Below, piece after piece: positions 7,830 to 15,702 of a DNA stretch of 32,000 bases; the stretch's first letter is position 1, and each line of letters begins with the position of its first letter. The stretch is from Desulfuromonas soudanensis (GTDB lineage: Bacteria; Desulfobacterota; Desulfuromonadia; Desulfuromonadales; WTL), in assembly GCF_001278055.1 (NCBI RefSeq), contig NZ_CP010802.1, forward strand, positions 1,681,504-1,713,503, in the 5' to 3' direction. Both the position numbers and the translations under genes were made by a program. The notes under the pieces are model-generated. The model was given only the letters and a program-made list of their open reading frames with translations, did no database searches and was not told the DNA's origin.

Positions 7830-8111
7830 GAATCTTGGAAACCTGCCCCCGCCCGTGTCTTGCCTCCCCCCTGCGAAGTAGGGGGGATTGAGGGGGGTCG
7901 CCTGGTCCGAAAGGTGTCCGCTTCCATCTTCTGACGGCCCAGTCATCGGATGGGAGCGCAATGACCGAGGAACTCATATACTTATGGGTGTCCCCCAGGC
8001 CCAAAAGAACCTGACCCGGCGGCGTTTGCGGATTCAACGGTCTTTGCTAAGATCTAACTATCTAAATTGATTTGATAAACATCTTAAACAATTTCAAGGG
8101 ACGGAGCTATA

Positions 8112-9329
8112 ATGAATGTCGAAAATTTCTGGTCTCATTACGCCGAAGCCGCCAAAACGGCCTTCGGGTTCTTCTGGAAAGCCGGTTGGGCCTTTGTGCT
8201 GGGATATTTCGTCAGCGCCATGATCCAGGCTTTCGTCTCAAAGCGGCGCTTGACCCCGTACATGGGTTCTCTCGATTTCAAAAGCCTTTCTTTGTCGACT
8301 TTGTTCGGCGCAATATCTTCTTCATGTTCCTTCGCCGCCCTGGCAACAGCGCGCTCCTTGTTCCAGAAGGGAGCGCATTTCGTGGCGGCGGTCGCCTTCA
8401 TGTTCGCATCCACCAATCTGGTGATCGAGCTGGGGATTCTCATTCTGATCTTTCTCGGCTGGCAGTTTCTCGCGGCGGAAGTTGTCGGCGGGCTTATGCT
8501 CGTCGCCATCAGCAGCCTGCTGATTCACCTGACCTACCCTGAAAAGTGGGTTACTGCGGCCAAGAAAAAGCTCGATGAATCGTCAGATTTTGAGGACGAC
8601 TTCGACTGGAAAAAGCGCATCCGCAGTCGCATGGGGTGGCATCTGGTGGGGCATAAATTTGTCATGGAATGGAAGATGGTCTGGGAAGAGATCCTTATCG
8701 GCTTCACCATCGCCGGTTTTATGGCGGTCTTCGTGCCAGGTAGCCTGTGGGCGAAAATCTTTCTCATCAATGCGGCAGGGACGATGCCGGAATGGTTGCG
8801 GGTTTTGGAAAACGCCCTGGTGGCACCGTTTGTCGCCGCCCTTACGTTTATCGGTTCGATGGGAAACATTCCGCTGGCCACCGTACTCAATGCCAACGGC
8901 GTGCTGTTCGCCGGTATCATGGGTTTTATCTACTCCGATCTGATGGTGCCGCCGCTGGTGGCGGTCAACGCCAAGTATTACGGCTGGCGGCTGGCGCTCT
9001 ATATCGCCGGCGTCATGTACATCTCCATCGTCGCTACCACCTTGATCCTGCATTACTTATTCGCTTTTATGGGCATCACCCCGGAGAGCGCCCGCGCGGT
9101 TTCTGACGTCGCCCAGTTCAAGATGGATTACACCTTCTGGCTCAATCTGGGATTCGCCGCCGTCACAGGCGGACTGATCTATCTACACCGCCGTCACCTT
9201 AAGGAGCACGTCAAGGGTGGGATGGATCACCAAGGCGGACTGACGCTGAAAAGAGTAATCGTCTATCTGTTCATAGCTCTCCTTGCCGGTGGGCTGGCGG
9301 CCCAGGTTATGGTCGGCGGGGCAGGATGA
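8112..9329 (+). CDS. Predicted permease (PF03773/ArsP-YraQ-like)
   Basis: 405 aa polytopic protein. N-terminal ...FWKAGWAFVLGYFVSAMIQAFV...FGAISSSCSFAALATARSLFQKGA is characteristic of this permease family. Confidence 0.7.
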   Translation: MNVENFWSHYAEAAKTAFGFFWKAGWAFVLGYFVSAMIQAFVSKRRLTPYMGSLDFKSLSLSTLFGAISSSCSFAALATARSLFQKGAHFVAAVAFMFASTNLVIELGILILIFLGWQFLAAEVVGGLMLVAISSLLIHLTYPEKWVTAAKKKLDESSDFEDDFDWKKRIRSRMGWHLVGHKFVMEWKMVWEEILIGFTIAGFMAVFVPGSLWAKIFLINAAGTMPEWLRVLENALVAPFVAALTFIGSMGNIPLATVLNANGVLFAGIMGFIYSDLMVPPLVAVNAKYYGWRLALYIAGVMYISIVATTLILHYLFAFMGITPESARAVSDVAQFKMDYTFWLNLGFAAVTGGLIYLHRRHLKEHVKGGMDHQGGLTLKRVIVYLFIALLAGGLAAQVMVGGAG

Positions 9330-9365
9330 CCAGTAAAGCGATGGAATCAGGAAAGGAGCCTCACA

Positions 9366-9581
9366 GTGTATTTTCGTGAAGGCGAAAACTGCTACCGGTT
9401 TTCCGGAACGAACCGGATCGCTGTTCTGGTCGATTGTGCGATCTACTATCGAGTCGTCGCCGGAGCTTGCGAATTTGCCCGGCAGGCCATTTATATCCTT
9501 GGTTGGGATGTTGACAGCCGGATTCGTCTGCGCCGGGGAGAAGACGGAGATCAGGAGACTTTGGGTCAGTTCCTGGATTGA
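9366..9581 (+). pseudogene. Phospholipase D-family protein, N-terminal 71-aa fragment only
   Basis: FREGENCYRF..NRIAVLVDCAIYYRVVAGACEFARQAIYILGWDVDSRIRLRR resembles the N-terminal region I recall for long PLD-like proteins. The frame ends at ...LGQFLD* about 20 nt before repeat H1. No HKD motif is present anywhere downstream. Confidence 0.6.
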
Positions 9582-9600
9582 CTGGTGCAGGAAATGCAGG

Positions 9601-9687
9601 GGGCAAGGTTTCAGGGGTCGGGCAAGGTTTCAGGGGTCGTGTCTCCATTCTTCATATAATGAAGAATGGAGACACGACCCCGTTAAC
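9601..9687 (+). repeat. Composite repeat H1: 19-bp tandem duplication, 23-bp perfect hairpin, GTTAAC
   Basis: GGGCAAGGTTTCAGGGGTC x2 (9601-9638). GGGGTCGTGTCTCCATTCTTCAT-ATA-ATGAAGAATGGAGACACGACCCC (9633-9681). GTTAAC (9682-9687). Homologous copy at 14737-14819. Confidence 0.9.
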
Positions 9688-9917
9688 TGAGCCTATTTAC
9701 TGCACGATTCCAAGCAGGAGTTGGTCGATCGTATTTACCTTGGAATCGAAGAGTTCAACAGAGAGCCGGTCATATTTCGCTGGCGATACAAAATAGACGA
9801 ACTGGCCAGCGCATAGTTGATATGTTATTAGCAGAACGGACTACTAGTGTCCCGTTTGGTTAGTCCATTCAGATAATTCTGAGGCATTTTGGTCGTTGCT
9901 TTTTCCCGCCCCCTTCG

Positions 9918-10439
9918 TCATTCCTTTCTTTTCACAGTGATCATTCTCGAATATTCCCTTGTCGCCCGGGAATTATTCGCTACGTCACGAGCCATCCTAA
10001 GACCTTCGGATATCGCGAGAAGCATCGAAACAGAACCGGCCGAAGCAACCGCGAGGGAAAACATGAAGAAGAACATTTCCCTCGGGTCGAAGATCAGTTT
10101 GCCCCATTGGTAGAAATGGACCAGACCCATGATCTCGGTGATGGTCGTGAATGCGGCCAAGAAGGCGAATGCCCCCGAGAGATAGAGGGTGACGGGGTAG
10201 GCTGCTTCGTCTCGAGCGTATTCCGGATCCGGACCGAAGCTCAGTCTGAAGCGGATCTTTTCATCCCGTTCCATCTCTTTTTGAATGCCCTCGCATATCG
10301 ATATTTCAGCTGCTGTTCGTTGCTTGAAGGCAGCTTCCGCCGCTGCGACTCTCTGCACCTTGGCAAAGACTACGCCGCACTTCGGACATGCCACAGCCCC
10401 GGTCTCTTGAAAATCAAAACCACACTTCGGACACCTCAC
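9918..10439 (-). CDS. Zinc-ribbon membrane protein, function unknown
   Basis: N-terminal MRCPKCGFDFQETGAVACPKCG (CxxC...CxxC). The C-terminal half has about 3 hydrophobic helices. Confidence 0.55.
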   Translation of the reverse strand: MRCPKCGFDFQETGAVACPKCGVVFAKVQRVAAAEAAFKQRTAAEISICEGIQKEMERDEKIRFRLSFGPDPEYARDEAAYPVTLYLSGAFAFLAAFTTITEIMGLVHFYQWGKLIFDPREMFFFMFSLAVASAGSVSMLLAISEGLRMARDVANNSRATREYSRMITVKRKE

Positions 10440-10560
10440 CGGTCATCCTCCCTTTGAATTTATAGTCACGTGCAGGGTCAAATCTTGAATCTCAAATTTT
10501 TGGATATTTTCAGGTTATTCGGTGGGCAAAGTTGATTTTCAAGATGTGACCTCGGCCGGA

Positions 10561-11577
10561 TTATACTAACGGGTCGTGACGGATATTTGTAATATTCCCG
10601 AACTTCCGGAACTGTTTTAGTACATTCTCGACTTGTCGGATCCGGCTTTCGAGATCGCCTCGCAGGACGAAATACGGGATACGCCGCTCTGCCAGGTCCC
10701 CGATGATCTGCTTCTGAAACCACTGCCGTTTCTGATCCCCGCTCCGGTCCCAAGTTTCGGCATACGGAATGTCAGTGTCACAAAGAAAATACAGGTCGTA
10801 GCGTTTTTCAGCTTCCCGGGCAAGTATGGTCAACATCGGACCGGCGCAACCATGATAATCCTTGGCAAACACATAGGTCGTTATCGGGGACGTGTCGCAG
10901 AAAAGATACCGACGACTCAATGCCACCAGCGCATCTTCGCGCCGGTTGTGCTCAGGAGCGATTTCTTCAAACTGCTCCAGCGTAATGCGCCGATCCACAT
11001 GGTTTTGTAACCAATATTCGCCCCCGTATTCAGGCATCCATTGCGTGTCGTAACGCTCGGCCAGGGCGCTGGTCAGGGTCGTCTTTCCCGTCGATGGTGC
11101 CCCCAGGAAACAGGCCTTGACGATAAGGTCCGCATATACCGTGTCGGAAAGAAAAGCCCGGCCAGAATAATAATCGGCGCGCAGTTGCGTTCCACTAATC
11201 GGAACCTTTCGCCGCGGTTCATCCACCCTCCGGTCGATGGCATTGAGGGCACGGCTGACATGGTCGCCGTAAAATTCGCTGGAGTAAAAGTGGGTGATCG
11301 GAAGACCGTTCAGCTTCTTGAGGATATAGCTTTCCTGGACGCGCATGATTTCCGGCGTGTCACCGTAGCCGTCGGGACCATCCCAGGCTTCAATGACCGT
11401 CACGGCTGGATACAGTGACTTTATCCAGTCGGCCCGCACCGGCAACGGAACCTCGATCAGGTCCGAATCATAAATCATCACGATCAGTTCATCGACCTCC
11501 GCCAGCGCGGTTTCGATGACCATCTGGTGTCCCTTGTGGAAGGGTGCATATTTCCCCAGCGTCAATCCACGCCGCAT
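10561..11577 (-). CDS. nadR: NadR-type NMN adenylyltransferase / ribosylnicotinamide kinase (no N-terminal HTH)
   Basis: GKYAPFHKGHQ (HxGH nucleotidyltransferase motif) at the N-terminus. GAPSTGKTTL Walker A in the C-terminal kinase half. Lies directly downstream of pnuC. Confidence 0.8.
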   Translation of the reverse strand: MRRGLTLGKYAPFHKGHQMVIETALAEVDELIVMIYDSDLIEVPLPVRADWIKSLYPAVTVIEAWDGPDGYGDTPEIMRVQESYILKKLNGLPITHFYSSEFYGDHVSRALNAIDRRVDEPRRKVPISGTQLRADYYSGRAFLSDTVYADLIVKACFLGAPSTGKTTLTSALAERYDTQWMPEYGGEYWLQNHVDRRITLEQFEEIAPEHNRREDALVALSRRYLFCDTSPITTYVFAKDYHGCAGPMLTILAREAEKRYDLYFLCDTDIPYAETWDRSGDQKRQWFQKQIIGDLAERRIPYFVLRGDLESRIRQVENVLKQFRKFGNITNIRHDPLV

Positions 11578-11588
11578 ACAGGTCCCTT

Positions 11589-12281
11589 TTAGGCGGCAAT
11601 CGGTGGACTGTCAGCGCTTGCGCCGACATGCCAGCGCCAGTACCCAAACATTGCATTCACCAGAAAGAGCGACCACATTAAAACCATCAGGTCTCCTGAA
11701 TTTCCTCCGGCCTGGAAGCGCAAAAACCACATGATGACCGATAGGACATTCAACAGGATATAGAGCAGCCACTGTTCCTTATAGCGCCACATCATCAGAA
11801 ATGTCGCGAGGATGGATAGCACATTGGTGCTCGCATCGACATACGGCGTATTCTGGCCCGGATTCAAGGCCAGCAACTTGCCCAGCCCGAACATGCTCAA
11901 CATGCAGATGACTGCGATAACGGTCCGACCCTTCCCCGACAGACTCCGCATCCGGACAGCATGATTGTCCGAGGGATGCCGAACCCACATCAGATATCCG
12001 ATGACTCCAGTAGGCAAAAAGAACAGGATGTTGAGATACACCTCACCAAAAAGGCCGTTTGTGTAAGCGAGGATTGCGTAAGAGATACTGTTGTACAAAC
12101 CGAACAGATACCCTTCGCGACGACCGATAGCGATCAGGCCAACGCAGAGAATCCCCGAGAAGAAAATACTCGCGTCGAAAATGGTTTCAGAAAGAAATCC
12201 GCACAGAACAGCCCCGACCAAACCAAGGGCAGTCAGCCAAGAAATATCGATGAGATCATATGGTGATTTTTGTTTTGCCAT
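11589..12281 (-). CDS. pnuC: Nicotinamide riboside transporter PnuC
   Basis: 230 aa, about 7 TM, Trp-rich helices (...MMWRYKEQWLLYILLNVLSVIMWFLRF...) typical of PnuC. Classical pnuC-nadR synteny. Confidence 0.8.
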   Translation of the reverse strand: MAKQKSPYDLIDISWLTALGLVGAVLCGFLSETIFDASIFFSGILCVGLIAIGRREGYLFGLYNSISYAILAYTNGLFGEVYLNILFFLPTGVIGYLMWVRHPSDNHAVRMRSLSGKGRTVIAVICMLSMFGLGKLLALNPGQNTPYVDASTNVLSILATFLMMWRYKEQWLLYILLNVLSVIMWFLRFQAGGNSGDLMVLMWSLFLVNAMFGYWRWHVGASADSPPIAA

Positions 12282-12305
12282 TATTGACTCTATACGAGGA
12301 AATGG

Positions 12306-12360
12306 GTACCGGGTCTACACATTGACAGGCATCTTCGCTGTCAATGTGCAGACCCGGCAC
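12306..12360 (-). promoter_or_regulatory. Long leader hairpin 25 nt upstream of the pnuC start
   Basis: 23-bp stem with a 9-nt loop. The two non-Watson-Crick positions are G-U on the minus-strand transcript but A-C on the plus strand. Confidence 0.5.
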
Positions 12361-12703
12361 TGATGCTATTCTAGCTGGCCTGGTCTGACCCCAGGCACCG
12401 ACCCTTTGTTGCGAGCTGGATGTCTAAGCGCTAGCGTCATCCCCCTGTGCTTCGCCCGAAGCATAGCCGAGTCAACCGTCCGATGCCACTGGAATTTGCC
12501 TCAATAAAGATCATCATCCGCTGACCAAGTGGGTTTTGGTCTTCTCTTTGCTGCATTGGGTCCGTTGGGACATCGCGGGCTCGCGTCTTTCCGCGGGTGC
12601 GAGAAGCATTTTGTGTCAATTCGACTTTAAGTAAAGATTAATTGTTGGTGGAAAATGCGGCTGATTGGCCGAAAAAAGATTAATATCGGGTGGTTACTCC
12701 CGC

Positions 12704-12719
12704 TGGCATCATCATTGCT
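12704..12719 (+). promoter_or_regulatory. Sigma-54 (-24/-12) promoter
   Basis: TGGCAT-CATCA-TTGCT has exact GG-N10-GC spacing, about 97 nt upstream of the ATG at 12816. AAAGATTAAT direct repeats at 12633 and 12675 lie upstream. Confidence 0.65.
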
Positions 12720-12815
12720 CAGGAAAAAAATAGCGGTACTTGATTGATGGGATCAAGAATTGGCCGCTATTGGGAAATGGGATGAAGTCAGGCCCTTCAA
12801 CCACAGGAGGACAAC

Positions 12816-13622
12816 ATGTCAGAACCATCGCGCAGGGAGTTTTTGAAGACGGGCGTCGGCGTCATCGCCGGGGCCGCATTGGTCGGCGGCGTCGCCTTGA
12901 CCGGAGCCAAAGAGGCCGAAGCCGCAGTCACCCAACCTTTCGGATACATTCCGCTGGACGTGGAGACGACCCGGCAACTCGGCTACGACGGCTACAAGGG
13001 GATCATTATCGACGGCGTCAAACACGCCCATTGCGGCTTCGCCTCCTTCAACGCCATCACCAGTCAACTGAAGGCCCTCGATCCCTATGGCCCCTACGCC
13101 AATATTCCGCCGGGGATGATGGACTGGGCGGCCAGCGGCGTCGCCGGTTTTGCCAGCTTTTGCGGGGCGCTTAACGGCGCCTGCGCGGCGGTGGGCCTGA
13201 TCTGCACCCCGGCGGATGCCAATGGCTTCATCAGCGACCTGTTGACCTGGTACACCGAGACCCTGCTGCCGAGCAACATCGTGGCCCCGACCGGGATTTT
13301 GCCGCAAAGTCTCGCCAGGACCACCCTCTGCCACAACTCCGTCACCAATTGGTGTCTCGCTTCCGGCATGGCCAGCGGCTCGCCGGAGCGCTCCGAGCGT
13401 TGCGCTCGGCTGGCCGGCGACGTCGCTGCCAAGACCGTCGAGATGCTGAACAACGGCCGCCTCGGCTTGCCGACGCCGGCCAGCAAGACCGTCTGCGTCT
13501 CCTGTCACTATACCGGGACGGATTACGCCGCCGGCCAGTTTACCCGCGGCAACGAAGACTGCACGGTCTGTCATACCGGCATCAAGAAGATTCCGGCGGG
13601 CGGGCATCGGGGCAAGTCGTAA
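12816..13622 (+). CDS. Tat-exported C_GCAxxG_C_C-family redox protein with a C-terminal diheme c module (split-Soret cytochrome c-like)
   Basis: SRREFLKTG twin-arginine signal. HCGFASFNAI...FCGALNGACAAVGLI matches the C_GCAxxG_C_C pattern. Two CxxCH motifs (CVSCH, CTVCH) near the C-terminus. GGAGG RBS. Confidence 0.7.
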   Translation: MSEPSRREFLKTGVGVIAGAALVGGVALTGAKEAEAAVTQPFGYIPLDVETTRQLGYDGYKGIIIDGVKHAHCGFASFNAITSQLKALDPYGPYANIPPGMMDWAASGVAGFASFCGALNGACAAVGLICTPADANGFISDLLTWYTETLLPSNIVAPTGILPQSLARTTLCHNSVTNWCLASGMASGSPERSERCARLAGDVAAKTVEMLNNGRLGLPTPASKTVCVSCHYTGTDYAAGQFTRGNEDCTVCHTGIKKIPAGGHRGKS

Positions 13623-13654
13623 GCGCACGCCAGAACAGATCCCGTTGTGACAGC

Positions 13655-13695
13655 AAAGTCCGGCCGGAGGGTTCCTCCAGCCGGACTTTATTTTG
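13655..13695 (+). terminator. Rho-independent terminator
   Basis: AAAGTCCGGCCGGAGG-GTT-CCTCCAGCCGGACTTT long stem followed by ATTTTG. Confidence 0.75.
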
Positions 13696-13808
13696 CGATT
13701 TATCGTGTCTCAGCGCGCCGGGTTGGCGGCGATATCGTTGCTGATAGCCGTCAGGTCCTGTTCACAAGACGCGAAGCTTGGCGAGATCCTCGTAGCCGAA
13801 TCTTCCGA

Positions 13809-13977
13809 ATTGCAAAATAATTGGGGCATGGGTAAGGCTTCCAGGTTGATAAGTCCTTGTTCCAAGTTGTCTCGATTCGTACAACTCCGACAAGTACCAA
13901 ATCCCCCGATGATAGTCCATGCGCGTTTTTTCCCGTTGGCAGGAAGTTATGCATCGCCTGAGTTTATTGCAAAATTA
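13809..13977 (+). repeat. Repeat family A/B, copy 2 (A-tail 13809-13820, B2 13838-13869, A2 13875-13977), circularly permuted relative to copy 1
   Basis: The order here is tail-of-A, spacer, B, A. At 7679-7829 it is A, spacer, B. This fits a unit of about 156 bp that can occur in tandem. Confidence 0.8.
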
Positions 13978-14140
13978 TAAATGGGGAAGTGTCCGTCATT
14001 TTCTCCGGGACAGAAGTATTTGTCGCTCATTAGTGGAAAATAGATCTGCTCCGGTTTTGGTGTCCGGTTTTTGTCCGAGGACATCGAACTCACCAAAAGC
14101 AATCCAGTAACTGACCTCACCAGACTCGAGCGTCAAATCG

Positions 14141-14587
14141 TCACTCCGGAATCACCGGCTCGACGAGCGTCGCAAGCTGGGCGAGGGATTCCTGCCATCC
14201 GAGATAGCACATCTCCACCGGAATCGCTTCCGGGAGCCCCTCCTGCACGATGTTCACCTCGGTTCCGCACGACACGGGTTTCAAGGTCACGGTCGTCTCC
14301 ATCTCGCCGGGGAGGTTCGGATCGTCGAAGCTGTCCGTGTAGCGGATGCGCTCGTTGGGCAACAGTTCACGGTACACGCCGCCGAAGGAATGCCCCTGGC
14401 CGGACGAGAAGTTGGTGAATGACATTTTGTAGGTTCCGCCGACTTTGGCATCCAGGTGGTGCACCCTGCAGGTGAATCCGTAAGGCGGAAGCCACTTGGC
14501 CATGGAGTCGGCATCGAGAAAGGCACGGTAGACGCGTTCCGGGCTGGCCCGGAGGACGCGGTGAAGTCGGACGGTTCCTTTGGGCAT
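14141..14587 (-). CDS. SRPBCC/Aha1-domain protein (paralog of 6372..6878)
   Basis: MPKGTVRLHRVLRASPERVYRAFLDADSMAKWLPPYGF... I trimmed the track ORF to the Met at 14587, which is preceded by AAAGGAGG. Confidence 0.75.
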   Translation of the reverse strand: MPKGTVRLHRVLRASPERVYRAFLDADSMAKWLPPYGFTCRVHHLDAKVGGTYKMSFTNFSSGQGHSFGGVYRELLPNERIRYTDSFDDPNLPGEMETTVTLKPVSCGTEVNIVQEGLPEAIPVEMCYLGWQESLAQLATLVEPVIPE

Positions 14588-14736
14588 GGTCAAACCTCCT
14601 TTACCTTGCAGCGGGGAGGGGGTCGGGTGTGGGTTGTTCACCCCATTCACCAACATTTTACCCCATACCGGCGTCCATTGCTGGCAGTCCCGCTTCCCGA
14701 TTGCGTCCTCGGGGCCCAAGAGCTGCCTGAGTGCAT

Positions 14737-14819
14737 GGGTCGTCTCAGGGGGCGGGTCGTCTCAGGGGGCGGGTCTCCATTCTTCATATAGTGAAGAATG
14801 GAGACACGGCCCCGTTAAC
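14737..14819 (+). repeat. Composite repeat H2: 17-bp tandem duplication, hairpin, GTTAAC
   Basis: GGGTCGTCTCAGGGGGC x2 (14737-14770). GTCTCCATTCTTCA-TATAG-TGAAGAATGGAGAC core hairpin (14773-14805). GTTAAC (14814-14819). Ends 9 nt from the NERD gene stop. Confidence 0.9.
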
Positions 14820-14828
14820 GACCCTGAT

Positions 14829-15623
14829 TCAGGAATATGGCACTACATTTCGACATTCAGGGAATTTGATACATACCCAGTATTTCTTTCCAATATCATC
14901 ACCGGACTTCTTCTCTCTTATTTTCAATTCGCTACCGCATGCCTTGCAGGTATTAGCGGCTATAACTGGATTTGCAGTATTATATTTGGGTGTCGCAGAC
15001 ATATCTTTAGTATTATTATGTTTTTCATTATTAATAGTCTTTACATGCTTTATATGGTCTCTATTTGTTTTGATTGAAGGAGTCAGTCTGCCCGCCTCAA
15101 TCTTGTTAACTATCTCTCTCACGTTTTCAACAGGCAAAACAAGCCTAGTCTTTGATTTTATAAATTTAATATAACCGATACCATGAGTAACGTTTTCAGG
15201 CATATTTGTTTTAAATGTACTTTCACCAACAAAAACAATCAGTGAATGTATTTGGTTCTCACTTAAGCCCAGGAGTGATTGCAAGGTTTTCACATGCTTG
15301 TAATTTTGACGCAATGGATTTTGAAATTTACTCTTATATTTAAAAATTTGTTGTGTCCATGTACTCTGATTGGGACCACCAAAAATCCATCCCTTCATAT
15401 TTTTGGTTTCAACAACAAAAATGCCGTATTTTGAAACAATGACATGATCAATTTGAGTAGTTCCGTCCTCCGTTGGCATCGTGACGTTCTTTATAAGATG
15501 ATACTCATTTTTATCAAGCATCAACTTTGCTGCAACATTTACAATAAACTCACCCATCACACCCTTGAACCAGGGTGATTTCATTAAAACAGCAATAATA
15601 ATAATTAGTATAAAGAATATCAT
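14829..15623 (-). CDS. NERD-domain protein with an N-terminal TM helix and a C-terminal topoisomerase-type C4 zinc ribbon
   Basis: GEFIVNVAAKLMLDKNEYHLIKNVTMPTEDGTTQIDHVIVSKYGIFVVETKNMKGWI is the NERD core. CKACGSEL...WVCIKFPECRN is the zinc ribbon. The gene is markedly AT-rich. Confidence 0.8.
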   Translation of the reverse strand: MIFFILIIIIAVLMKSPWFKGVMGEFIVNVAAKLMLDKNEYHLIKNVTMPTEDGTTQIDHVIVSKYGIFVVETKNMKGWIFGGPNQSTWTQQIFKYKSKFQNPLRQNYKHVKTLQSLLGLSENQIHSLIVFVGESTFKTNMPENVTHGIGYIKFIKSKTRLVLPVENVREIVNKIEAGRLTPSIKTNRDHIKHVKTINNEKHNNTKDMSATPKYNTANPVIAANTCKACGSELKIREKKSGDDIGKKYWVCIKFPECRNVVPYS

Positions 15624-15702
15624 CCTTGAGCCTTTCTATTTTAACATCGGCCTGAGGACGGATTTCTAAGCGATCAAGCAACAACGTCCGCCGGGACATT
15701 CC

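Noticed and set aside
7861-7890. Hairpin TCCCCCC-N9-GGGGGGA, and G-runs at 599-606 and 6084-6090, considered as phase-variation tracts or terminators.
   Set aside because: They are not adjacent to any start codon or gene end in a way that suggests function. There is no T-tract.
9601-9687. H1/H2 considered as integron attC sites, with GTTAAC as the core, in a window full of cassette-like small genes.
   Set aside because: No inverse core (RYYYAAC) lies at a suitable distance. GTTAACT and GTTAACG do not fit GTTRRRY. The stems are perfect, without the extrahelical bases typical of attC. No intI is present.
9601-9900. H1/H2 considered as retron msd hairpins, IS200/IS605-type ends or a CRISPR repeat.
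   Set aside because: There is no reverse transcriptase, TnpA/TnpB or cas gene nearby. There are no flanking a1/a2 repeats. There is a single hairpin per locus, not an array.
12700-12725. On the minus strand, CTGAGCAATGATGATGCCAGCGGGAG resembles fragments of the TPP riboswitch core (CUGAGA ... UGCCAGCG) upstream of pnuC.
   Set aside because: The rest of the THI-box (ACCUGAUCUGGAUAA, P1 pairing) is absent. The same bases read on the + strand are a correctly spaced sigma-54 promoter for the adjacent gene.
13937-13953. TGGCAGGAAGTTATGCA inside repeat A2 looks like a sigma-54 promoter.
   Set aside because: The GG-to-GC spacing is 11 nt, not 10. The A1 copy has TGACA in place of TGGCA. No gene lies downstream.
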